A DNA stretch of 64,000 nucleotides from Callorhinchus milii (lineage: Eukaryota): contig NW_024704742.1 of assembly GCF_018977255.1 (NCBI RefSeq), positions 26,104,001 through 26,168,000 of the forward strand, in the 5' to 3' direction. The notes under the pieces were generated by a model. The model was not told where the DNA came from. It worked only from the letters and a program-made list of their open reading frames with translations, and did not search any database. Made by a program: the position numbers and the translations under genes. Shown here in pieces: positions 12,594 to 23,017 of the stretch (its first letter is position 1; each line of letters starts with the position of its first letter).

Positions 12594-14170
12594 AACATAA
12601 GAAATGCTAGATGAAAAAAGACCAAGGTCCATCTAGTTCGCCTTCCACCATCTTGGCGATCGCATGCACATATGTCCCAAACTACCTATGTACTATATCC
12701 CATAATGTTATTTCCTAAAAGAAAATTATCTAATCTGTGTTTGAAAGAATCAACATTTCTTGCTCCAACTGTCTCCCTAGGGAGCCTGTTCCACAGGTTC
12801 ACTATTCGCTCACTGAAATAGTGTCTGCGTAGATTTGTTCTGAATTTACCCCCTTTCAATCGCAGGCCATGTCCTCTGGTTCTACTATTCTGGACAAGTT
12901 AAAACAGCCTGTCGTGATCTATATTGTCGAGCCCCTTTAGAATCTTAAAGACAGCAATCGGGTCACCTCTCAATCTTCTCTTTTCCAGTGTGAACATACT
13001 CAATTTACTTAGTCGCTCCTCATAATCCAGTCCCTCCATTCCCTCAATCATTTTGGTTACCCTCCTCTGTATCTTCTCAATTTCTCCAATATCCTTTTTG
13101 TATTGCAGCAACCAAAACTGTACACAGTACTCTAAATATGGTCTCACCAATGATTTATACAGTGGCAGGATTACCCCATTATTTCAGCTTGCTATTGATA
13201 TTTTGATACATCCCAATATCTGGTTTGCTTTACTCACTGACACACAGCATTGTTGGGAGAGCTGCAATTTATTGTCAATCAGGAACCCCATGCATTTCAT
13301 TTTCCATACATATTATTTTCCTTCTGTTCAAATAATAGTCCCTTCCAGGATTTTTTGTCCCCACGTGAAGTACTTCTTCTCCACATTTCTCCACATTGAA
13401 TTTCATCTGCCACCGATCAGCCCAATTCCCAGGTATGTTCAGATCCTCCTGTAACCTATCTTGTTCAGCTTCGCAATCTACCACCTTCATTAGCTTGGTG
13501 TCATCTGCAAACTTAGCCACTGTGCTTGTGACTCCTAGTTCCAGATCATTTATAAAAATATTAAACAAAAGAGGTCCCAAACAGTCCCTTGTGGAACTCC
13601 ACTTGTAACATTTTCCCAGTCTGATGACATTCCTTGTCCTCTGGGTTCTTCCGGTCAATCAATTGCGTATCCATTGTTACATATCTTCACTGATTCCCAC
13701 TTTTTTTTATTTTCAGTACCAGTCTCTCAAGAGGAACTATATCAAAGGCCTTACTGAAATCCAGATATACAACATCCACAGCCTTATCCAGCTCCCTTGT
13801 CACAGCTTCAAAGAAAACCATTAAATTAGATTGGCAAAACCTCCCCTTCATGAACCCATATTGGCTATAATTTATGATTTTATTTCTGTTCAGATGCTCC
13901 ATGATTTTATCCTTAATAAGAGTCTCCATAATTTTACCCACAATGGACATCAAACTTACTGGTCTGTAGTTTCCTGGATCACTTTTGTTACCTTTCTTAA
14001 AAATAGGAGTCTGCCTTTCTCCAGTCCCCCGGCACCTCTCCAGTATAGTGGTTTTTTGAATGATTTGTGCCAGCGTTTCTGTGACTTCCTCCTTAAGGAT
14101 TCTCGAATGCAATTTATCCGGCCCCTGAGATTTATTTACTTTAAGTTTACACAGCTGTTTAGCAACCATG
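12594..14170 (-). mobile_element. CR1-clade LINE, 5'-truncated and frameshifted (RT plus 3' UTR)
   Basis: ORF fragments PIFKKG..DPGNYRPVSL, YLDFSKAFD, LGPLLFNIFINDL, KFADDTKL, RPYLEYCVQFW, LEKRRLRGD. Confidence 0.93.
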
Positions 14171-16761
14171 ATATTCGCAAACGGGTTAATACGACATCTC
14201 AAAGCGTTTCACAGTACATACTGTAAAGTGCAGCGACTGTGATTTTTTTTGTGGTCAATTGCAGGGCGATATAAGTAAGCTCCTTGATCCGGAATATAAG
14301 TCACTTTGCCCTCTCTCACTGGCGCCACAGTATCCAAACACACCACTGTGAAGTGCTCTGAGATGTTATCCTACATGAAGAATGCCATATAAATACAAAT
14401 TGTTGTTATTATTGACTTTCAAAGATAAAATAAAAGACTTGGGACTGACAATTATTTCTGAATTTTAAGGCAAAAGGTGGGTGCCCATTGTCAAACAAAT
14501 TTTAGTCAATTTTACAGTTTTTACAGCATTACTGTAAATCCAAAGCTAAATTTAGAGCTTTCTTAGCATCCACTGTTATCTAGTTTCCCTGTCTTTTTAA
14601 TACGGTGACAAAAACATTTTCTGGGAGGGGGAAAGGGAGAAATTATGGTGATACAGAATGCATTTCAGTAATTATATCATTCTAAGGTTACATGTGGAAT
14701 GGTTTTCTTAATCTTCATGGCATTAAAGCCAATCAACAGTACACTAGTTTCTCCAACACCGTTCACAGAAAAACATGTTATAATCCATTCAGCATTTGTG
14801 AAATCCTCCTGCACTTGCAAAGACGCATTGAGAATACAAGAGGACAGAAGTGTCTATCATCTGCAGCCTAAAGATCAGCAGGTTAAAGGAACATCTCAAC
14901 TGAACCTTTCACTACATTAGGCTGCACCATGTCAGCTATGCTTTTATGTTTCAATTATCAGCAACATCATTTTGTATTAAAACTTTCTCTGGTTTGGTAT
15001 TAGTTCCGCTGTTGTTAATGCCCTACGGAAATATTCTGCCTTTTTAGAGAAATGACTCAATTTTTTATTGATCCAATTCCAATAAAGGGCCATGTCTCAA
15101 ACACAGACTTGTCTGAGCTCTATCTTTTGTTTTCCCCTCTTGCATTACTCAAGGAGTTTGACTCTTTTTACCCGGGGCAGAGGATTTCACTAGCACTGGG
15201 AAATGGTGATGGGGCCCCAAGTACATAATCATGGCTCTGCATGGCCCAAGGAAAGACATTCAGGGAATTTATTGGAAGATATAAGTGGCATCAGTCCCAA
15301 TTGTTGATTCTTACCTGTACCTCGTGGTGGACTGGGACTATTTTTCATCTGCAAATCCATTTGATTCATGGACTTTACTGAACAGTGATCAAAAGCAGGA
15401 ACCCTGCTGTCATTCCTGTCCCATCTGAGATAAGCTAATTCCTAGTTACTCACTGGATGAACTCATTGGGCCATTTTGGGGATCCATCGGAGCTGTTTCC
15501 TTCTCCTCTAAAAAAAAGCATTCAGTCTCCCTTCTGCAAAGCTCCTGGCGAAAAATGTTTGGGGATACCGTGCAGTTTTCCTGCACGAATGGATTCTCTA
15601 AGTAACTATAGAGTCAGCTCACATTTCTAATGAATAAGTTGAGGCAACTGCAGGTGTTTCAAATTAACGCATGTGGCTGTACTAACAGCCAAACAACGAT
15701 GCCAGCTTTGCTAAAAACATAAGAAAAAGTCCATTTGGTCCATCAACCTCATTCCTTTCCCCATATAAAGCCAAACCTACAGACTCCAAATTCAGACTCC
15801 ACCTCACCCATTCACTCCTGTGGAGGCAAAGTCTGCGTAAGGCTCACTGATCCATAAAAGGTAATCAAACCAGAACTCAAGTAACAGTCATCCTCCTCAG
15901 AATTTCATTATTCAACCCTGGTCTACTGTCCAACCAGATAGCATTGCTCCATCCCAAGGCTCCAGCAGCACATGTTAGGGGGGGAGGTGGGGCAGGAGGC
16001 CACAATGTGGCCCTCCAATAGACCAGAGGCTTTTGTGATGCCTCTGAGCATGCACGCCCAATCTCCGCCAAGCGCCCACAGCAGTCACAGGATAGGGTGG
16101 AGGGTCTCTGCGATGCAAGATGCCACCTTATAGGACAGGTTACCCTATCAATTTTACATTCTAACTCCTTACAAGAATTTCTAGAATGTGACTAGTTATG
16201 CGTTAAGCGGAATGACAAATAAAGTTGACTCCCTTAACATTTTGCCAGGATATTGACAGCATCAGTGGTAGCTTTAACAAGTTATCAGGCATTTACTGTA
16301 TTTATCACCTACTGCTTTCTGTTGTTATGCCAGTGTTTAATCTAACTAGCTCATCTTCCATTCATCCATGAACGTTAACCTTCTTTGAATGCTTCAGTTG
16401 AGATACAGCCCATAACACTGTCTCACATTTCTGTTGTCCTGAACTCAGACCCTAGCATGGCCAAATGCTTCACATTACAGCCGAGTGCAAATCTAATCAA
16501 TTACAATATTTGGCCACACTTTGGCCACAGCACAGCTCATTATGAGGTGTCATTTTCTGAGTCAGCTACCAGTTGGCCTTTCAAACAATTTCAAACTATT
16601 TAAACTGGGAGTCAGGCAATCTGCTGGAAACAGATTCACTCATTGTACACTTCCACCATAGAAGAGAATATGATATTTGAAGGCTACACATTATTAAATA
16701 GATATGTTGTTAGTCTCCATGATGAAGAAGGTAATATACATTGAGGAGGCAGGACACTTAC

Positions 16762-16827
16762 TTCTGCACATTTCTGAAAAGTCAAAATAAAGGCTGAAGA
16801 AGCTTGGGATGCTTTCCTATTTCCATC
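16762..16827 (-). CDS. EVC2: EVC2 exon (DGNRKASQASSAFILTFQKCAE)
   Basis: ttttaacag acceptor, gtaagt donor; FQKCA motif as in human EVC2. Confidence 0.85.
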
Positions 16828-17205
16828 CTGTTAAAAGAAATACAGTACAGTATATTCTTAAAGTTGAACGCTCACTTTGACCCTTTTCATTCTCTTCAAA
16901 ATGCCCAAATTTAAATACTGTGCATCATTCTCCCCTCTCTCAAATATTACTCATTTAAAAAAAGCAAAATATTTTTTCTAATTGCTTATTAATCTCTTAT
17001 TGTCTGGTAACAAAGAGGCATTCAAAACACAATTATACAATGCAAAACAAATATATATTTATATAGTAAATTTCAGGTTGGAAGGATGTTTCAAGCCATT
17101 TAATAGTCTTGGCTTGGAATTTAATTATGTTTAAAACTGGATTTTGATTTGATAATTACGTAGAATAGAATATTTATAAATAGTTCTTTAAAGAGTTCTA
17201 CTGAC

Positions 17206-17348
17206 CTGCGATTGATATTGTAAAAATCCATGGTCTATTAAAGACTGAATGGGTTTGGTCCATGACAGAAACAGGAGGAACAATGATTGGCTCCACATGC
17301 CCACTGAGGCTGCTTCCCATCGGTTCTCCTTGAGCTCGGCCTTTAGCT
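17206..17348 (-). CDS. EVC2: EVC2 exon (LKAELKENRWEAASVGMWSQSLFLLFLSWTKPIQSLIDHGFLQYQSQ); may be only partly coding, from the ATG at 17298
   Basis: Acceptor tttatttacag, donor CAG/gtcagt. In frame with the next exon. Resembles human AASSGPWAHSLFAFIPSWPK. Confidence 0.7.
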
Positions 17349-17809
17349 CTGTAAATAAACAAAAATAGAATTGAAGCTACAATATGAGGTGATAAATCCT
17401 TAGTACCCCTTCCACCTCCAGATTTAAATCAAGTGCTGTACTTATTAACAACAAATTACATTTGTAAAGTGCCTTTCAAGTCGGGAGGATTTGGACCCGA
17501 ACAGGGGGTTGGGGTTGGGGTTGGGATTGGGCGGGTGGGGGGAGGCAGGTGGCAGGTGGAGGGCAAGGAGGATAGGGGTAGGAAGGTGGCCGAATACACG
17601 GTTGAAGAGGAGGGTCTTGAGATTAACCTGCAGAGCACCATGTCTATTTCACTCATCTGGCCGCGGCGAAAGCATTACGGGGTACTTCATGGGGTTTGCG
17701 TTCACCCGCTGTTATTCTGAAGATTAATTCATCAAAAATCACTTGAGTTTTACACGCAGGACATTCTCACAGAGCTGCTGCTCCTCCTCTTTTACCCGCA
17801 AAATACAGT

Positions 17810-18150
17810 CACTCAGAAAATCCGTCCGGACAGCTGTGGCAGTGGAGTCGAGAGCGGAGGCAGAGAGATGGGAGTTGGGTATCATCCGCACACATGCCCG
17901 TGACGATATCCCCGAGCGGGAGCATGCAGATATTAAAGAGAGAAGAAGGACGGACGGAGCCTTGAGGAACGCCGCACGTGATGTTGCGAGGGCGGGAGGA
18001 GAAGCCGTTAGCGGATACAAATGAGAGACGATGGGAAAAGGAAGACTGAAACCAGGCAAGGGCAGTGTCGAAGGCGGCGGAGAGAGCAAGAAGGACCAGG
18101 AGGCAGAGTTGGTCCAGGTGGCACTGATGCCCCTCACCCAGCAGCAAGGG
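17810..18150 (-). mobile_element. L2-clade RT fragment abutting the minisatellite
   Basis: LLVLLALSAAFDT, GVPQGSV, ADDTQL in ORF 17809-18147. Confidence 0.85.
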
Positions 18151-18227
18151 GGGGGGGTCGAGGACGCATTAACAACCCTCACCCAGGAGCCTGTCGGGGT
18201 GGCACTGACTCTCCTCAGCCCGGGAGC

Positions 18228-18992
18228 GGGGGTCGGGGTGGCACTGGGGGTCGGGGTGGCACTGGGGGTCGGGTGGCACTGGGGGTCGGGGTGGCACTGG
18301 GGGTCGGGGTGGCACTGGGGGGTCGGGTGGCACTGGGGGTCGGTGTTACACTGGGGGTCGGGTGGCACTGGGGGTCGGGGTGGCACTGGGGGTCGGGGTG
18401 GCACTGGGGGTCGGGGTGGCACTGGGGGTCGGGGTGGCACTGGGGGTCGGGGTGGCACTGGGGGTCGGGTGGCACTGGGGGTCGGGGTGGCACTGGGGGG
18501 GGTCGGGGTGGCACTGGGGGTCGGTGTTACACTGGGGGTCGGGTGGCACTGGGGGTCGGGGTGGCACTGGGGGGTCGGGGTGGCACTGGGGGGGTCGGGG
18601 TGGCACTGGGGGGGTCGGTGTTACACTGGGGGGTCGGGGTGGCACTGGGGGGGGTCGGGGTGGCACTGGGGGGGTCGAGGTGGCACTGGGGGGGGTCGGG
18701 GTGGCACTGGGGGGGTCGGGGTGGCACTGGGGGGGGTCGGGGTGGCACTGGGGGGGGTCGGGGTGGCACTGGGGGTCGGGGTGGCACTGGGGGGGGTCGG
18801 GGTGGCACTGGGGGTCAGGTGGCACTGGGGGTCGGTGTTACACTGGGGGTCGGGGTGGCACTGGGGGTCAGGGTTACACTGGGGGGTCGGGGTGGCACTG
18901 GGGGGGTCGGGGTGGCACTGGGGGTCGGGGTGGCACTGGGGGGGGTCGGGGTGGCACTGGGGGTCGGGGTGGCACTGGGGGGGGGTCGGGGT
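18228..18992 (+). repeat. G-rich minisatellite, unit GGGGTCGGGGTGGCACTG (~17-21 bp, about 40 copies), with variant unit GGTCGGTGTTACACTG
   Basis: Directly visible tandem array; explains the repetitive ORFs in most frames. Confidence 0.97.
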
Positions 18993-18994
18993 CC

Positions 18995-20033
18995 GGGAGA
19001 GGGAGCGACCCCCGCGGCGATGAGCGGCTCCTCGGCCGCCGTTGCTTCAAGGAGCACGTGTCCCGCCCTCCTCGCTCTGTGATTGGACGCGCCGCGGGCT
19101 CGCTGTCAACGGACGGGGCGCGTGGAGGGAGGGGGGGGGTCGCCGCGCTGCCCGCCGGGACCTGTAGTTCCCCGGGGGCCGTCGTGTCGGGCACGGGCGG
19201 CGGCGGCGGCCGAACTACAGCTCCCGGCGGCCCCCGCGCGGGTGGTTGGGAGGGGTTGGCTGTGGAGGGGGTTGATGAACTGCGCTGGGACTGAGAGTTT
19301 GCAGAGGGAGGGGTTGAGTGGACGTTTGTGCTGTGATTGCCTTTGTGCTCAGGAGCAGAGGTTGGATTGCCTTCTCTGCTCTTGCAACTTTTCCAAACTT
19401 TTTTTCTTCTTCTCTCTCCGCCCAGAATCTTGTTTACGAGACAGCTCCCCCACCCCCCCCACTCCCTCCCCAGGCAACTGAAGCAGATTATTGTGTGTGA
19501 TTTATTATATGTGTATATATATATATATACACATATACACAATCATCTGTAAAAGCGAGAGAGGGAGAGGGAGAGAGAGAGAGGGAGATGCGTGTGCTGT
19601 AGTTTTTTGGGTGGGAAGCGTCTGGAAGGAACATAACAAGACCGCCCAAGAAGGACCTCCCGTCTTCGGCTGACGGAATCCGGTTCCGGGGCTGCGGTCG
19701 GTCGACCGGTCGAGCCGCGTTGCTGTCCTGTGGCTTGTGTGTCTCTCCCGCCCCCCCCCCCCGCCGCCTCCACCCACAAACTCGTATTTCTGTCTGGGAG
19801 AGGGGTGGGGGGTGAAATATCATCGGACGATCTTCTGCGGTGTTTTGTGTGTCCCAACGATCTTATCGCTGAGTCTGAATCTCCGGCAAAAAGGGGGATT
19901 GGGGCGGTGGGGGGGGGGGGTTGTTGCTTTTTTTTATTTCCGCAAGTGCTCCTGTTGCTTGGCTTGGCGGTGTCTTGAGCGAATGGCTGGGTTTGTTTCT
20001 CGGTACCTTGGATGGCTCTGAGCTGAAGCGCTG
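18995..20033. promoter_or_regulatory. CpG island / bidirectional EVC2-EVC promoter
   Basis: GC- and CpG-rich stretch between the divergent genes. E-box CACGTG at 19055-19060, GC box ~19062-19068, CCAAT (minus) at 19082-19086, ZNF143/Staf cores ACTACAnnTCCC at 19157-19168 (minus) and 19214-19225 (plus). Confidence 0.8.
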
Positions 20034-20201
20034 ATGACCCTGGAGTCCTGCTCAGCGCAAGCTGCGCTGGCGATCGCCTCCACTCAGTTGCAGGTTTACC
20101 CCCAGCATCTAGCGATTGCTGTGGTCCTGGGGGTGTTACTGGGATTCGCTGCTGGCGGCCTCCTCTATAAGTTTGTATTGGAACCGGCTTTGCAAAGAAA
20201 G
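20034..20201 (+). CDS. EVC: EVC exon 1 (MTLESC...LAIAVVLGVLLGFAAGGLLYKFVLEPALQRK), TM anchor
   Basis: ATG in the CpG island, hydrophobic signal-anchor, AAG/gtaaaa donor. Confidence 0.88.
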
Positions 20202-20507
20202 GTAAAAGAAAGGAGCTTCTGTGCTTTCAATGCTCTGTTTTTAAAAAAAACACTAATAGCTCTAACTCTAGCATAAGAAATATTTAAACCTGTTGGTTCT
20301 GTCTCACTAACTTGAACAAGTAACATTGCCAGGAGTTGAGATCCACAACAACAACAACAACAACAAAATTACAACAACAACTTGCATTGCTATAGTGCTC
20401 CTCACACATGTTAGGGTCTCGGGAGCGCGGAGACTGGCTAGTGCGTACAATCTTATGTATTTTCATGCCATACATTGAATTGCGTTTCAATCTATTCCTC
20501 ATTTCAG

Positions 20508-20627
20508 GATAATTATTCCAGCGGATTTATTGAAAACTCAGATTCCGAGGAAAGCCAGAGGAATGAAAGTAATACAAGAGCATTTCAAGGAATCGGTCAC
20601 CAGAATCAAGGTTCCCCTTTCCTCGAG
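20508..20627 (+). CDS. EVC: EVC exon 2 (DNYSSGFIENS...GSPFLE)
   Basis: atttcag acceptor, GAG/gtttgt donor, 120 nt, phase 0-0. Confidence 0.8.
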
Positions 20628-20809
20628 GTTTGTGTTTAGAATTTTTGCTCGATGGGGTCTTTAATTGTGGTCACCTCGGTTTGATTTATGGCGAAAAATG
20701 CCCCAAGAACAAACTATCTTGACAGTCTCCGATTCCATCCATCCTCTCTCACTCTGGCTGAACTATGCATTGTCTAATCCCTCCATCCATTTCAGTATCA
20801 AACATGATA

Positions 20810-21020
20810 ATAATAATCCCTCCAAAACCAAAAACAATAATAAATTGGTCATTTTCAATCCACGACTGTTTGTGGGACATTGCTGTGCGCAATTGGCTGC
20901 CGCGTTCGCCCACAAATATACAGTCAATTCACTTTACAGTGTGTTCTGTGAAGCGCTTTGGGACATCCTCCCGACGTGAAAAGCGCTATATCAAATGCAA
21001 GGATTATTATTATTATTATG
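20810..21020 (+). mobile_element. SINE tail-only copy
   Basis: Nearly identical to the 3' 200 bp of the 21281 copy. Confidence 0.88.
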
Positions 21021-21280
21021 ATATATTTTTGCCTCTGGAACATTGGCTGCTTTGAGTATTTATTTCAACCATACCGCTGTTGAAAGTCTTTTGTCACACT
21101 CAAGGATGGATTTTCCCAATTCTTTCCTCACCAGTCCACCTAATGCCCGCTCCAGAAGCTTCAACTGATCCGCAACTTTGAGGCCCAAGTTCTCTTCACA
21201 AACAAGATTCCGCTCAGTCGTTAACCCACATCCTTGACAAAGCTCAGTTAACTCCCAGTACCTCAGAGGATTGAGTTTCA

Positions 21281-21607
21281 GTGGAGTCCTTTAGCTCAGT
21301 GGTTAGAGCACTCGCTTTGCAAATGAGAGACCTGAGTTCAATTCCAGGCAGAGGGCGAAACCTTAGGCAAGTTTCCTTACTCCACACAGAGCCTAATAAT
21401 AATCCCTCCAAAAAACCAAAAACAATAATAAATTGGTCATTTTCAATCTACGACTGTTTGTGGGACATTGCTGTGCGCAATTGGCTGCCGCGTTCGCCCA
21501 CAAATATACAATCAATTCACTTTACAGTGTGTTCTGTGAAGCGCTTTGGGACGTCCTCCCGACGTGAAAAGCGCTATATCAAATGCAAGGATTATTATTA
21601 TTATTAT
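21281..21607 (+). mobile_element. Young tRNA-derived SINE (Ala-like head, truncated CORE-like segment, L2-like tail ending (ATT)n)
   Basis: A box TAGCTCAGTGG, B box GAGTTCAATTCC; near-identical copies elsewhere in the window. Confidence 0.9.
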
Positions 21608-22226
21608 TTCAAATCCTTGATCAGGCAGCTGTAACCTCTGTTCATGTCTCATCTGTAGGAGAGAACCTCCAACATGCAGCCCTAACCCCAGCACAGGTTT
21701 GGAATACTATCAATTGCTATATACTACATGCTAACATCCGATCTGGTTGTAAGACCCAGCTGTGACCAGCACGCTTTATTTTCCAGCGACGCCTTTTTTC
21801 TTTTGGGAAGCATAGTAACCTTTATTTTTCTGGTTTCCTCCCTTTGCAATCCATGCCATTGCAAATCCCAACCTGAGAGGGCAGCGTTGCCACTGTTTTT
21901 AGGACAGCTCTTGTTTTGCTGGAAGGCAATGAAAGTGACCCAGTTCAGGGTAATTTTGCTGCGTTTTTTTTCCAGTCTCCTGCTCTTTATCGGAGAGCTA
22001 CCTAATTTTATCTCAGAGGGAATAAATAAGATCAAGAGCTCAGCAACATGGCATGGCGTGTGTACTATTGTGCACTACCATTACATTTGAGTTAAGTCCT
22101 TATGGTAAGCAAGGAAAACTGATCAGGTGGTAGTTACTATTGACATAGCTGATTCATAGGTAGCGTCTCCTTTAAAACACTGAATTTTGTGTAAGAAAAT
22201 GCTAATATTTATTATTTATTCAACAG

Positions 22227-22310
22227 GAAAATGAAACTTCATTGAATAGTGATATAGCCGCTTTTGCTCTGCGGGCAAAAGTTATATATCCTATTAATCA
22301 GAAATTCAGG
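22227..22310 (+). CDS. EVC: EVC exon 3 (ENETSLNSDIAAFALRAKVIYPINQKFR)
   Basis: Highly conserved EVC motif; AG/GT. Confidence 0.97.
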
Positions 22311-22790
22311 GTAAGGATTCCCAGTTACTCTTGAGATTGTTTGTACTCATTGATAATATAACAAAAAACACTATTGTGTTTGTTACTGTAAACATCACCA
22401 TAAATTTCTACGCTTGTATATCCAATTAAAGGGTGAATGTTCATGTGTTTTGGATTAATTTGATTTACCGTACTGAAACAAATAACCTGCAATTTAATCT
22501 GTAAATATTTAACTACACGGTAAATATACAAAATCTGGTTATCTGATTAAATGAAGACCAAAAAACGCAGAACAAATAATCCAATTATTCAATCGTTTCC
22601 TTTGCATTTCTTTGCATGATAAGGTACTGTATCAAAATGCAATGATGATTTAAAATTGAGCTCCCCCACTGTTAAATCAAAGTATTAGCGTGATGATATT
22701 GTGGATAGTTTATTATCATCATCTTCACACACAAATCTCTGCTGCAATACTGTTCCTTAATTATCAATAACAAGTGTTCTGTATTTCCAG

Positions 22791-23017
22791 CCTCTGGCAG
22801 ATGGATCATCTAATCCCTCTCTGCTCAAGGATGTGAAACAGAGACATCAGGTCAAGAGACCACAAGAAGATACTACATTCATTTCTGAATCATACAGTCA
22901 GGAGGATGAAAAAAACTGTTATTTTACAGGAAATAATTCATCGTCAGATCCAAACACATATAAAGATGAAATATTTCCAAAGGTTACGTTTCTTCCAGAG
23001 TTACTAGTGTATACAAG
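22791..23017 (+). CDS. EVC: EVC exon 4 (PLADGSSNPSLLKDVKQ...LPELLVYT)
   Basis: Conserved PLADGSSNPSL; AG/GT. Confidence 0.95.

Larger units (their letters stand above)
2611..17348 (-). other. EVC2: EVC2 (limbin) gene, partial. Exons in transcript order: 17348-17206, 16827-16762, 10515-10329, 9623-9514, 8073-8005, 4319-4185, 2753-2611. Continues left of the window; first exon(s) not located.
   Basis: All seven exons have AG/GT boundaries and splice into one open frame. The peptide resembles recalled human EVC2 N-terminal and TM regions (FQKCA, GFQxxxKxFLQ, SYxAxL, VLPxH..GF..AF, IDILxxEDP). Head-to-head with EVC. Confidence 0.93.

Noticed and set aside
18228..18992. CRISPR-like array
   Set aside because: No unique spacers, no cas genes, eukaryotic context
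17739..19294. Long ORFs (239-353 aa) with GVGVAL/GSGWHW/PPVPPR repeats
   Set aside because: By-products of a stop-poor minisatellite; no splice or homology support as genes
19465..19480. RFX X-box for ciliary genes (CCAGGCAAC; also near 2789 and 19954)
   Set aside because: Only half-site matches, not distinguishable from chance without a PWM scan
19488..19857. EVC2 coding exon 1 in the minus-strand ORFs of the CpG island
   Set aside because: No ATG plus signal peptide with a usable donor; frames run into simple repeats
21283..21355. tRNA-Ala(TGC)-like gene (also at ~36475-36546 and ~50700-50770)
   Set aside because: No proper acceptor stem or terminator; runs into the SINE body, so it is a SINE head
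20765..21634. Recurrent ORF KPKTIINWSFSIYDCLWDIAVRNW... as a small-protein family
   Set aside because: Translation of the repeated SINE tail
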